Assembly: GCA_048571215.1 (NCBI GenBank)
Contig: CP182352.1
Span: forward strand, 1,088,001-1,152,000
Source of the DNA: Halarcobacter sp.
Lineage (GTDB): Bacteria > Campylobacterota > Campylobacteria > Campylobacterales > Arcobacteraceae
Reading direction: 5' to 3'
DNA: 64,000 bases
Part shown: in pieces, positions 1 to 12,100 of the stretch
Numbering within the stretch: the stretch's first letter is position 1
How the letters are laid out: each line of letters starts with the position of its first letter
The notes under the pieces: model-generated
What the model saw: the letters and a program-made list of their open reading frames with translations, nothing else
Database searches by the model: none
What the model was told of the DNA's origin: nothing
Position numbers and translations under genes: made by a program

Positions 1-1
1 G

Positions 2-3000
2 ATTGGTGATAGTAATAACAACACCCTAAAATCAAATGCAGGAGATGATACTTTAATAGGTGGAGCTGGAGATGACTATCTTGATGGGGGTAATGAAGCT
101 GACAATTCAGTAGGAAATGACTGGGTTGATTATTCTGGTGCTACTTCTACTGGTGTAAAAGTTGATTTATCTAAAACAACCTCACAAAATATTAGTGCAA
201 CAGAAGGTAATGATACCATAGTACATGTTGAACATGTAATTGGCTCTTCTTATGATGATACTTTAATAGGAAATGATGAAGATAACACTTTGGTTGGTGC
301 TGATGGTGATGATACCTTAAAAGGTAATGGTGGTGATGACTCATTTGAAGGTGGAAATGGTCTTGATACAGTTGATTATAGTGGTGTTGTAGAAAAATTA
401 AATATTGATTTGAAATCTTTAACTCCAACAGAAGTAGCTCCTGGTCAAGGAATAGATACTTATGATTCTATTGAAGGGGTAATTGGTGGAAGTAATGATG
501 ATACATTAGCGGGAACTACTAGTGCTAATGTTTTAGGTGGATCTGCTGGTGATGATACTTTAATAGGTTTCGGTGGTGATGATACTATAAATGGTGGTGA
601 TGGAAAAGATACAATTGATTTCTCTTATAGCTCAAATGATATTGTATTAGATTTATCAAATAGTTCGGCTCAAATTACTACAGAGGGGACTTTGTTAGTT
701 TCTAATGTAGAAAATATCCAAGGTGGTTCAGGAAATGATACTCTTACAGGAAGTAGTTTACAAAACACTTTATTTGGTGGAGATGGTAACGATACATTAT
801 TTGGTAATGCAGATAGTAATGTTTTAGATGGTGAAGCTGGAACAGATACAGCTGATTATTCATCAATCTCAACAGGAGTTGGTATTAATGCTAATTTAGA
901 CTCAGGAACAACAGATAAAGTTGAATATAACCTATTGTCGGTTGATACACTAATTAGTATAGAAAATATTAGAGGTTCAAAAAACAGTGATGAGATTATT
1001 GGAGATAAAACTGATAATGTAGATAATCTTTTTGAAGGAATGGCTTCAGGGGATACTATTAATGGTGGATCTGGAAATGATACAATTTATGGTAACAATA
1101 TTAACAATAATATTTCAGGTGGTATTGATGGAGACGATAAATTATCTGGAGGAACAGGTGATGATTCTATTTATGGACAAGGTGGAGATGATACTTTATA
1201 TGGAAATGATGGTAACGATATTTTAGATGGTGGAATAGGAAACGATAAATTATCTGGAGGAACAGGTGATGATTCTATTTATGGACAAGGTGGAGACGAT
1301 ACTTTATATGGAAATGATGGTAACGATATTTTAGATGGTGGAATAGGAGACGATACATTATCTGGAGGAACAGGTGATGATTCTATTTATGGACAAAGTG
1401 GCGATGATACTTTAATTGGAAATGATGGTAATGATATTTTAGATGGTGGAATAGGAAGCGATACTGTTGATTATAGTTATTTAGATACAAGTTCAGTTGG
1501 AATAGATGTTAATTTCGTAAATAGTACAGCAACTGATGGTACATATACTGATACCTTAACAAATATTGAAAATGCTAAAGGTACTATAAATGATGACTCA
1601 TTTATTATGAAAGAGGGTACAACAGCTAATACGATAAATGGGAAAGCTGGAACTGATTTAATTGATTATTCAAATTATTCTACATCTATTAATGTGGATT
1701 TAAGTCTAGCAACAGCCCAAGCAATAGCTACAAGTGATGATAATGATACTATTTTAAATGTAGAAAATTTAATAGCTACCTCTTTAAGTGACACTATTAC
1801 TGGGTCTTCTTTAGATAATAGTTTAGATGGTGGAGAATCAAGTGATACTTTTTATTCAAGTTTAGGGAATGACACGATAAATGGTGGAGTAGATGCTGGT
1901 TCAAATGATATTGATGTAGTTGATTATTCAAATGAAAGTCAAAGAATTATTGTATCAAATGGAGATAGTGTAGATAAAAATAATGGTTATACAGATACTT
2001 TAGTAGATATTGAACAAATTCAAGGTACAGATTATAAAGATACTATAAGTGGTGGAAGTTTATCAGATATTTTTAAAGGTGGAGAATCAAGTGACTTTTT
2101 ATCAGGAGCACAAGGAAATGACACTCTTTATGGAGAAAAAGGTGATGATACCCTAGTAGGTGGAACTGGAAATGACGAATTAAGAGGTGGAAGTAACCTA
2201 ACTACAGGAGATACAGTAGATTATAGTAGTAGAAATGAAGGTATTAATGTAGCTTTAGATTCTGGTAAAGGTACTGCATATATTGATACATCAAATGATG
2301 GATTACAAGGTACTTCAACTGGAGAAGAGGAAGATAGTCTTTATGGTATTGAAAATATTACAGGTTCATCTGTTGATGATATTATTGTAGGTGATATAAA
2401 TGAAAATATTATAAAAGGAAAAGGCGGTAATGATACTATAGATGGTGGAGCTGGTGATGATGACCTTCAAGGTGGAACAGGTGATGACATAATCACTGGT
2501 TCATCAGGAAATGACAATATTTCAGGTGGAGCAGGCGATGATACTTTTATTGATACTGATTTTATAGGTGACACAATAGATGGTGGTGATAATACAGCTG
2601 TTGGGGATACAATTGATTACCATAATTTATCAGAGAGCATTCAAGTAAATTTAAATGATAGTGATACAAGTTCAGTATTTGTACAAGTTGGTTCTGATAC
2701 TGCAAATCATAGAATAGAAAATATTGAAAATATTATTGGAACAGATGAATTAGATATTATTCATGGTAATAGTTCAGATAATTCATTTGAAGGAAGAAAT
2801 GGAAATGATATTTTAGATGGTGAATCAGGAGATGACATTTTAAGTGGTGGAAATGATAATGATACACTACTTGGAGGAGAAGGAGATGATACACTACAAG
2901 GTGATGCTGGAGACGATGTCTTAAGAGGTGGAGCAGGAAATGATGTCTTAGAGGGTGGTGCCGGAAATGATACTGCTGATTTCTCAGATGCTAAAGCAGG

Positions 3001-6000
3001 GATAAATGTAGATTTATCTGCAACTGGAAGCACTCCTGTAAATATTGGTGCAAATTTAGGTTTTGATACATTTGATTCAATAGAGGGTGTTATTGGTGGA
3101 GATTCTGATGATATATTAAAAGGAACCTCTTCTCAAAATACACTTATTGGTGGAGCAGGAAATGATACTTTATATGGTTTAGGTTCAAACAGTGGAGCTG
3201 ATTATTTAGATGGAGGAGAGGGAGATGAAGACTTTGTAAGTTTTAATTATACCTCACCTGTAGATATAACTGTAGATTTAGGTAAGGAAACTGCACAAGA
3301 TACAGATGGTGTAAATGGTGATGACCTAATTATAATAGATATTGAAAATGTTGAAGGTGGTGGTGGAAATGATACTATTACTGGAAACTCTTCAGATAAT
3401 ACAATTTCAACCTTAGCTGGTGATGATACTATATTTGTTAGTGGTGGAGATGATTATATAGATGGTGGGAATGGAGATGAAACCTTAGGAGACACTGTAG
3501 ATTACACTATAGAAAATGGAATTACTGTAACAATACAAGATGATGATTCTATTAAGGTTAATAAAAAATCAAATGGTGAAGATACTTTAGTAAATATTGA
3601 AAATCTAGTAGCTTCTAATGGAGATGATACTTTAAATGGTAATGATAACAATAATGTATTATATGGTGGAGCTGGAAATGACGCTTTCAATGGTAAAGAT
3701 GGAGATGATTCTTTATATGGTGAATCTGGGAATGACAGCTTTTTTGGTGGATTAGGTAATGATTATATTGATGGTGGAGCTGATATTGATACTGTTGATT
3801 ATAGTAAGAGAACTGATGGTGTTGATTTAACCTTAGTAAATAAAGCGGGAACAGCTTATATTGATACTTTCGATGATGGCTTAAAAGTACATACCTCAGG
3901 TGAAGAGGAAGATACTCTTGTTGACATAGAAAATGTTATAGGTTCTCAAGACCATGACTATATTGAAGGTGATATTAACTCAAATGTTATAAAAGGTGAA
4001 GCTGGAGATGATACCTTAAAAGGTGCTGCAGGTGACGATAGTATTGAAGGTGGACTAGGTAATGATTATATTGATGGTGGAGCTGGAGCTGATACTTTAA
4101 AAGGTGGAGAGGGTAATGATACCTTTATCGAAAGATCAAATGATACTAATGGTGACTTAATATATGGTGGAAGTGAAAGTGATAGTAGTAGAGGTAGTGA
4201 TACTGTTGATTATTCACAAAATGACCAAGGGGTTATATTAGATTTAAATGACTTAGGTTTATCAAGTGTTACAATTGGTTCAAGTGTAAATGACCATTAT
4301 TTATCAAATATTGAAAATGTTATTGGAACTACAGGAAATGATACTATTGAAGGGGATAGTGTTGATAATAGTTTAGATGGAAACTTAGGAACAGATACAA
4401 TTTCTTATGCAAATACCTCATCTTCAGTTACAGTAAACCTAGGTGGGGCAATAAGTTCTGATATAAATTTTGATTCAAACAATGAAAATATAACTGCTTC
4501 AACTGGACAAAGTGCTACGTCTGGTACAGATACTTTATCAGGTTTTGAAAATATAATTGGTACAGCCCATGCAGATACCCTAATTGGTGATTCAGATACA
4601 AATACAATTGATGGTGGTAAAGGTGATGATTTACTATTAGGTGGAGCAGGAAGTGACAGTTTTATAGGTGGTGTGGGTATTGATACCGTATCTTATGCTC
4701 TTGAAAGTTCAGTTGATGCCTCTTTACGAAATGGAACAGGTTTAGTTGGATCTGATACTGACCAGTTTACAGATATTGAAAATATTATAGGTACAACTGG
4801 AGATGACACTATAGAGGGTGATGAAAATAATAATAATTTAATAGGTGGAACAGGAACTGATACTTTATCTTATGCTGGTGCTATATCTTCTGATAATACA
4901 GGTGTTACAGTTGATTTATCACTTAATACAGTTGTAACAGTAAATGATGGTATAGATAAAATTAGTGGTTTTGAAAACCTTATAGGTTCTTCAAAAGATG
5001 ATATCTTATCAGGAGATAGTCAAGACAATGTAATAGATGCAGGTAGTGGAAATGATACCTTAAAAGGTGGATATGGTACAGATATATTAAATGGTCAAAA
5101 TGGTAATGATACCTTTATAATAGATGACTCTAATATAGATAATGCAAATGATCAAATAGATGGTGGAGCAAATACAGATACTATTGATTATAGTGCAATT
5201 AACTCTTCTAACTCTTCATACCATATAAATGTTAACTTATCAGTTCCAACAGCTGAGGTTTTAAATGGAGCAGTTACTTTAGATAGTGATACTCTAACTA
5301 GTATAGAAAATGTAATAGGTAGTTCAGGAGATGACACTATTACAGGAGATATACAAAATAATGTTTTAAATGGAAATGCAGGAGATGACATAATAGATGG
5401 TGGAGCAGGTGAAGATTCACTATTGGGTGGAGCAGGAGATGATTTATTTATTCAAAAAGATGGTGAAACTACAAATGATGTAATAAATGGTGGAATAAAT
5501 AATCTTGGAGGAGATACAGTTGATTATTCAAATGTAAACGCAAATATATCTGTAAATCTTCTAGATGGTGTTGCTTCAACAGTAAACCTATCAAGTAGTG
5601 CTGACCATACTATTCAAAATATAGAAAATATTACAGGTTCATCTTTAAATGACACCCTTACAGGAAATAGTTCAGCAAATACACTATTAGGTGGAGCAGG
5701 TGATGATACTATAGATGGTGGAGCGGGTGAAGATTATTTAGATGGTGGAACATCGACAGCCGTTGGAAATACTTTAACCTATGATAGTTCAACTCACTCT
5801 GTAAGAATTGATTTAAGTACAAATAGTGCAATTATTGATTTAGATGGTGATAAGTTTAGTTATGATGGAAATGGTACTAATACTGATGTTGATGATGAAC
5901 AAGATACTATTTATAATTTTAAAACAGCAAAAGGTTCAGATCACGATGATACCTTAATTGCAGGTGATACAGGAAATACACTTTTAGGAAGTGCTGGAGA

Positions 6001-6136
6001 TGATAATTTAATAAGTGGTGCTTCAGATGACTACCTTGATGGTGGAGAAAATAACGATACTTTTATTCTTGGAAATAATGAAGCTTTAAATGGTTCAGAT
6101 ACCATTTTGGGGGGGTACTGGAAAAGATACAGCTGA
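2..6136 (+). CDS. Giant RTX (Ca2+-binding beta-roll) repeat protein, upstream part; 5'-truncated by the window edge and ended by a frameshift at the G7 tract
   Basis: Frame is open from base 2 (IGDSNNNTLKSNAGDDTLIGGAGDDYLDGG...), so the ORF-track start at 290 is not the real start. Continuous GGxGxDxLx nonapeptides and DTVDYS...VDL...IENVIGS modules; ends ...DTILGGYWKRYS* right after the G run. Confidence 0.93.
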   Translation: MGDSNNNTLKSNAGDDTLIGGAGDDYLDGGNEADNSVGNDWVDYSGATSTGVKVDLSKTTSQNISATEGNDTIVHVEHVIGSSYDDTLIGNDEDNTLVGADGDDTLKGNGGDDSFEGGNGLDTVDYSGVVEKLNIDLKSLTPTEVAPGQGIDTYDSIEGVIGGSNDDTLAGTTSANVLGGSAGDDTLIGFGGDDTINGGDGKDTIDFSYSSNDIVLDLSNSSAQITTEGTLLVSNVENIQGGSGNDTLTGSSLQNTLFGGDGNDTLFGNADSNVLDGEAGTDTADYSSISTGVGINANLDSGTTDKVEYNLLSVDTLISIENIRGSKNSDEIIGDKTDNVDNLFEGMASGDTINGGSGNDTIYGNNINNNISGGIDGDDKLSGGTGDDSIYGQGGDDTLYGNDGNDILDGGIGNDKLSGGTGDDSIYGQGGDDTLYGNDGNDILDGGIGDDTLSGGTGDDSIYGQSGDDTLIGNDGNDILDGGIGSDTVDYSYLDTSSVGIDVNFVNSTATDGTYTDTLTNIENAKGTINDDSFIMKEGTTANTINGKAGTDLIDYSNYSTSINVDLSLATAQAIATSDDNDTILNVENLIATSLSDTITGSSLDNSLDGGESSDTFYSSLGNDTINGGVDAGSNDIDVVDYSNESQRIIVSNGDSVDKNNGYTDTLVDIEQIQGTDYKDTISGGSLSDIFKGGESSDFLSGAQGNDTLYGEKGDDTLVGGTGNDELRGGSNLTTGDTVDYSSRNEGINVALDSGKGTAYIDTSNDGLQGTSTGEEEDSLYGIENITGSSVDDIIVGDINENIIKGKGGNDTIDGGAGDDDLQGGTGDDIITGSSGNDNISGGAGDDTFIDTDFIGDTIDGGDNTAVGDTIDYHNLSESIQVNLNDSDTSSVFVQVGSDTANHRIENIENIIGTDELDIIHGNSSDNSFEGRNGNDILDGESGDDILSGGNDNDTLLGGEGDDTLQGDAGDDVLRGGAGNDVLEGGAGNDTADFSDAKAGINVDLSATGSTPVNIGANLGFDTFDSIEGVIGGDSDDILKGTSSQNTLIGGAGNDTLYGLGSNSGADYLDGGEGDEDFVSFNYTSPVDITVDLGKETAQDTDGVNGDDLIIIDIENVEGGGGNDTITGNSSDNTISTLAGDDTIFVSGGDDYIDGGNGDETLGDTVDYTIENGITVTIQDDDSIKVNKKSNGEDTLVNIENLVASNGDDTLNGNDNNNVLYGGAGNDAFNGKDGDDSLYGESGNDSFFGGLGNDYIDGGADIDTVDYSKRTDGVDLTLVNKAGTAYIDTFDDGLKVHTSGEEEDTLVDIENVIGSQDHDYIEGDINSNVIKGEAGDDTLKGAAGDDSIEGGLGNDYIDGGAGADTLKGGEGNDTFIERSNDTNGDLIYGGSESDSSRGSDTVDYSQNDQGVILDLNDLGLSSVTIGSSVNDHYLSNIENVIGTTGNDTIEGDSVDNSLDGNLGTDTISYANTSSSVTVNLGGAISSDINFDSNNENITASTGQSATSGTDTLSGFENIIGTAHADTLIGDSDTNTIDGGKGDDLLLGGAGSDSFIGGVGIDTVSYALESSVDASLRNGTGLVGSDTDQFTDIENIIGTTGDDTIEGDENNNNLIGGTGTDTLSYAGAISSDNTGVTVDLSLNTVVTVNDGIDKISGFENLIGSSKDDILSGDSQDNVIDAGSGNDTLKGGYGTDILNGQNGNDTFIIDDSNIDNANDQIDGGANTDTIDYSAINSSNSSYHINVNLSVPTAEVLNGAVTLDSDTLTSIENVIGSSGDDTITGDIQNNVLNGNAGDDIIDGGAGEDSLLGGAGDDLFIQKDGETTNDVINGGINNLGGDTVDYSNVNANISVNLLDGVASTVNLSSSADHTIQNIENITGSSLNDTLTGNSSANTLLGGAGDDTIDGGAGEDYLDGGTSTAVGNTLTYDSSTHSVRIDLSTNSAIIDLDGDKFSYDGNGTNTDVDDEQDTIYNFKTAKGSDHDDTLIAGDTGNTLLGSAGDDNLISGASDDYLDGGENNDTFILGNNEALNGSDTILGGYWKRYS
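1133..1456 (+). repeat. 108-bp tandem repeat x3 (36 aa = 4 RTX nonapeptides) inside the RTX gene
   Basis: Units start at 1133, 1241 and 1349, encoding DDKLSGGTGDDSIYGQGGDDTLYGNDGNDILDGGIG and variants; nearly identical DNA. Confidence 0.92.
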
Positions 6137-9100
6137 TTATAGTGGGATAACTGATACTTCAAGAAGTATAAGTGTTGAACTTGAAAGTTCTGAAGTTAAA
6201 ACTGTAACTATAAATGGAGCAGCTAATGATACTCTTCAAGATGTTGAGAATGTTACTGGTGGAGCAGGTGATGACACCTTAATTGGAGATGGAAATGTAA
6301 ATACCCTAAAAGGTGGCATTGGAAATGATATTATTGATGGAGCTGATGGAAAAGACTTATTATATGGTGGTGATGGAAACGATAATATAATAGGTGGAGA
6401 TAAAGAGGATACTATTTATGGTGATGCTGGAAATGATATTTTAAATGGAGAAGATGGAGCAGATTCACTTTTTGGTGGAGATGGAGATGACACTTTATTA
6501 GGTGGAGCAGGAATTGATTATTTAGATGGTGGAGCAGAAGATACACTTGGGGATAGTGTTGATTTCTCAACAGAATCAGGAAAACTCGATGTTAATTTTA
6601 GAAATGTAGATGTAAATGGTTATTCACAAGCATATATAGATAATATTGGGGATGATTATTTAAAAGATGTAGAGAATATAAAAGGTACAAATCAAGATGA
6701 TTATATTGGAGGTAATGCTTCAAATAATACAATTATAGCATTAAATGGTGATGATACTATTATTGGTGATGGTGGAGCTGACTATTTAACTGGTGGTGAA
6801 GGTGATGATATCTTTAAAGCTGGTATTGATGCTAATGGTGACAAAATTCTAGAAGATAGTGATGATGGAGTTGATTTTATAGATGGAGGGAACCTATCAG
6901 AAATAAATGGAGATACAGTTGATTATAGTGCAATTTCAAAATCAATAAATGTAACATTAAGTGGTTCAAATGATGCTACAGTTGTTGTAGGTGATTTGGA
7001 TTCTAATAATACAGTTGGTGATTATAAAGATGATACTATAAGAAATATTGAAAATATTATTGGTTCAAGTGCTAATGATACAATCACAGGTGATATAAAT
7101 AAAAATACTCTAGCTGGTAGTCTAGGTGATGATACTTTATATGGTGCAGGTGGAAACGACACTTTAGACGGTGGTAGTGGTATAGATACAGCAGATTATA
7201 CCCAAGCTGCTTCAAAAGTTGTTGTTGATATGAGTATTTCAACAGGAGAAGTTACAGTTGATGGAGATTCAGGAACTGATAATTTAATTGATATTGAAAA
7301 AATTATAGGTTCAACGCATGATGATACATTAAGTGGTTATGATCAAGCAGATACACTTTATGGTGGTGCTGGAAGTGATACTATTTCAGGTGGTAAAGGT
7401 GCTGATAACTTAAGTGGATATGGATTAACTACAGGAACTGATAGTGATTTAGATACTGTTTCTTATTCTTATGTGGCAGCAGCTGATGAAGTAAATATAG
7501 ATTTAACTGCTGGTACTGCAACTGTAGATGTATCAGGAGATACAAGTGATACAGATACCCTAAGTGATTTTGAGAATGTTATTGGTGGAGCAGGAGCAGA
7601 TACTATTAATGGATCATCTGTGGCAAATGTTATTAATGCAGGTTCAGGAGCGGATACAATAACAGGACAAGCTGGAGGTGATCAACTTAATGGAGAAGCA
7701 GGAAATGATACTTTTATTGCTACAGATGCTAATGATGGAGTTGATATTATAGATGGTGGAGCTGATAGTGATACCATTGATTATAGTATATTAGGTGTTG
7801 GAAATGAGATTACATTTACTTTAGCAGAAAGTGGAAACTCAAGTAATATAACAATTGCTGATAGCGGTGATTCTGATTTAATATCAAATGTTGAAAATAT
7901 TATAGCTTCTCAAGGTGATGATGATATTACAGGAAATAGTAGTGTAAATACAATATATGGACAAGCTGGTGATGATCAAATCAATGGTGAGGCAGGAAAT
8001 GATACTTTATATGGTGAAACTGGAGATGATACCTTAAAAGGTGGATTTGGTGATGATTATATAGATGGTGGAACAAATAGTACACAAGGGGATACGGTAG
8101 ATTATTCTGATGCCTCTTCTGGCGTGACTGTTAATATGTCAGGAAATTCAGTTTCAGTTGGAGCTGGACTTGGGACAGATACCCTTGTAGATATAGAAAA
8201 TGCTTTAGGTTCAGATTATGATGATACTTTTATAACAAATGAAAATGCAGATAATAAGTTTTATGGTGGTAATAATGAAGCAGCAGGGGATACAGTAGAT
8301 TATTCTTCTAGACTTACAGATGCAAATGATAAGATTGTTGCAGATTTAACTTCAGGAAATGTAGATATCTATAATGATGGAGCAGTTACTCCAAATGCAA
8401 CAGATACCCTTTTTGATATAGAAAATGTTACAGGTTCATCGGGAAATGACACTATTTCTGGTGATGTAAATAATAATACAATTATAGGTTTATCAGGTAA
8501 TGACACTATATCAGGTAATGATGGTATTGATTATCTTGATGGGGGTACTGGATTAGATGACAGAGTTGATTACTCTTATAGTAATGAAGGTGTAACTGTA
8601 GATTTAGAAAATGATACAGGTTATATAAATGCGGGAGATAATGATACTTTAATAGGTTTTGAAAATGTTAAAGGAACAACTGGAAATGATACTATTATTT
8701 TAAAATCAAATGCTGGATTATTAACTGGTGTTGAAAATGAAATTGATGGTAATAGTGGAGATAATGATACAGTAAGTTATGAAAACTATACAGATGATTT
8801 AACTATTGATATGACCGCTGGTGCTACTGCTACAGGTGATAATGATATTTTAACTAGTATAGAAAATGCAGTAGGTGGTACAGGTGATGATACCTTTATC
8901 TCTGATACTTTAATCGATAATGAGTTTGATGGAAACAGTGGTCAAGATACTGTAGATTATAGCTCTTCTAGTGATACAGTTAATGTTACTTTAAATGGTT
9001 CAATAGCTGCAAATCTTACTTTAGGAAATGGAACAGTTGATAGTGTAAAAAATATAGAAAATGTTATTGGTGGAAGTGTAAATGATACTATTACTGGTGA

Positions 9101-12100
9101 TGCAAATGATAATACCCTACAGGGAAATGAAGGCTTAGATATTTTAACTGGTGGTTTAGGAGATGACTATTTAGATGGTGGAGCCGATTCAGATAAATTA
9201 TATGGTTCTGCTGGTTTTGATACTATTTTTGGTAATGAGGGTGATGATTTAGTTGAAGGTGGAAGTGATGCCGATCTTATATATGGTGATGACTTAGCAA
9301 ATAGTGTAACAGGAAATGATTCCCTACTTGGACAGGGTGGAGATGATACTATTTACGGTGGTCTAGGAGATGATACTTTAGATGGTGATGTTGGAGATGA
9401 TACTTTAAAAGGTGGAGATGGAAATGATACTTTAATCGGTGGACAAAATAATGATGACCTTGATGGTGAAGCTGGAATCGACACAGTTGATTATAGATAT
9501 GCAAGTGGTAGTGTAACAGTTGATTTAGGTGATGATGGAACTACTTCTCAAAATATTGGTGCAGCTGAAGGTTTTGATAAATTAGCAAATATTGAAAATG
9601 TTATAGGTTCAAATTATGATGATACTTTTTATGGATCAAATGGTGTAGCAAACCTTTTTAATGGAGGTGATAGTGAATCTGGTGAAGTAAATGGTGATAC
9701 AGTTGATTATAGTACAAGATTAGATCAAGCTACAGATAGTATCTCAGTTGATTTATCAAATAGTGGAATTGTAACAGTAGTTAATGGAGGAGTTTCTCAA
9801 GCAGATGATACTTTAGTTAATATAGAAAATATTACTGGTACTGCTGGAAATGATTTTATAGGTGGAGATAGTGATAATAATACTTTAAAAGGTCAAGCAG
9901 GAGATGATACTTTAAGAGGTGATGCTGGTGATGATTATCTAGATGGTGGTGCTGATATTGATACTGTAACTTATGCAGGTGAGAGTTTAAATGTTACAGT
10001 AGATTTAAATAACAATAGTGCAACAGGAACAGGTATAGGAACAGATACTTTAATTGATATAGAAAATGTTATTGGTGGTGATGCTAATGATACTATTATC
10101 ATGAAAGAGGGAGCAATTGCTAATGATATAAAAGGTGGTTTAGGTTCAGATACAATTTCCTATGAAAACTATACCTCATCAGGAGTTGATATAAATTTAA
10201 GTACAACAGCTTCACAAACTGTAGCTACAGGAGATAATGATACCTTAGAAAGTATAGAAGATATTATAGGTTCAGATTTTGATGATACTTTTATAGGGTC
10301 ATCTTCAAACAATACAATTACTGGAAATGATGGTTCTGACACATTTATTGCAGGAACAGATGTAAATAATGATGGAAATTTAGATGCTTGGAGTGATGAT
10401 GGTGCAGACACTTATGATGGTGGAGCTGGAGTTAACGATTGGATAGATTATTCAGTAATCACTGGTGATGGCGTAAATGGAGCTAATGGTATTGAAATAA
10501 TTTTAGATACTACAAATCCTACAACAGTTACTGTTCAAGGTCAAGCAGATGTAGATACAATTGTAAATGTAGAACATATCTCAGGTACACAAGATTCAGA
10601 TATTATCCAAGGGGATATGGCAAATAACTCTTTATTGGGAAATGCAGGAGCAGATCAGATAAAAGGTGGAGCAGGTGCAGATAAAATCTATGGTGGTTCT
10701 GATGATGATAATTTATTAGGAGAATCTGGTAATGATACCCTTTATGGTGGAACAGGAAATGATGCTTTAACAGGAGATGTTGGAGATGATATTATTTATG
10801 GTGGAGATGGTACCACAGATTTTGGAAGTGATACAGTAGATTATACAAATGCTTTAGAGAGTTTAACAATTACCTTAGATACAAATTTAGATATAGATGA
10901 TGAGTTTGGAAATTACGATGCAGTTGGTACATCAGATGGGGCAAGTGGTGAACAAGGACAAGGTGATGATATACTTTATGGTATAGAAAACGTCATAGGT
11001 TCAGATTATGCCTCTGATATAGTTTATGGAAGTCATGGTGATAATAGTATATCAACCTTAGCCCATGATGATACTATTACTGCTTATAATGGTGATGACA
11101 CAATTGATGCTGGTAGTGGTGATGATTTGATTTTTGCTACAAGTAATAGTGATGGTAATGACACAATAGATGGTGGTACAGGTTCAGATACCTTAGATTA
11201 TCAAACAATATCAAATGGTATAAGTGTTGATTTTTCAGAAGCTAATACTGATTCAACACTTACAATTGCTTCAGGGAATAGTGATACTGTTAGAAATGTT
11301 GAAAATATTCTTTCTGGTAGTGCAAGTGATGTATTATCTGGAAATAGTAGTTCAAATACAATTGTGGGAAATGCTGGGAATGACACAATTTCTGGAGAAG
11401 CAGGAATTGATAAACTATATGGTGATGCAATTGATGGTACAGGAAGCGGAAATGATACTGTATCTTATGCTTATACATCAAGTGATGCACAAATTGATTT
11501 AAATGCAGAAACAGCTTATATAAATATTACAGACAATGATACTATTAGTTCTTTTGAAAATGTTATTAGTGGTAGCGGTAATGATATTATTACAGGTAGT
11601 AGTGTGGATAATACACTTGAAGGTGGTGCAGGAGATGATACCTTTAAAGGTTTAGGTGGAGATGATGTAATCTATGGTGGCACAAGTTTAGCTGATGCTG
11701 GTACTCAGGACACTATTGATTATACTTCACAAGCTAGAATTATTACTACTCTTTCAGAAGGTGCAAGTGTTACTGTTGGAACTAGTGGAGAAACAGATAC
11801 TATTTATGGTATTGAAAACATAATAGGGTCAAATACAGGAAATGACACAATTACAGGTGATGCTTCAGATAATACTATTCTTGGTCAAGGTGGTGATGAT
11901 ACCTTAAAAGGTGCAGCAGGAGCAGATAAACTTGATGGTGGAAGTGGTGATGACCTATTTATTATAGATACGGATGGGGATGCAACAGGTGATGAGATAA
12001 TTGGTGGAGCTGATTACGATACTGTTAGTTATTTAGGACTAAGTTCTGGAGTAACTGTTGATTTATTATCTGGAAGTACTGTTACTGTTGCCATTGGAAC

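Noticed and set aside
6090..6092. Independent start of a second gene at ATG 6090
   Set aside because: No well-placed RBS, and MVQIPFW is out-of-register sequence; the module continues seamlessly across the G tract.
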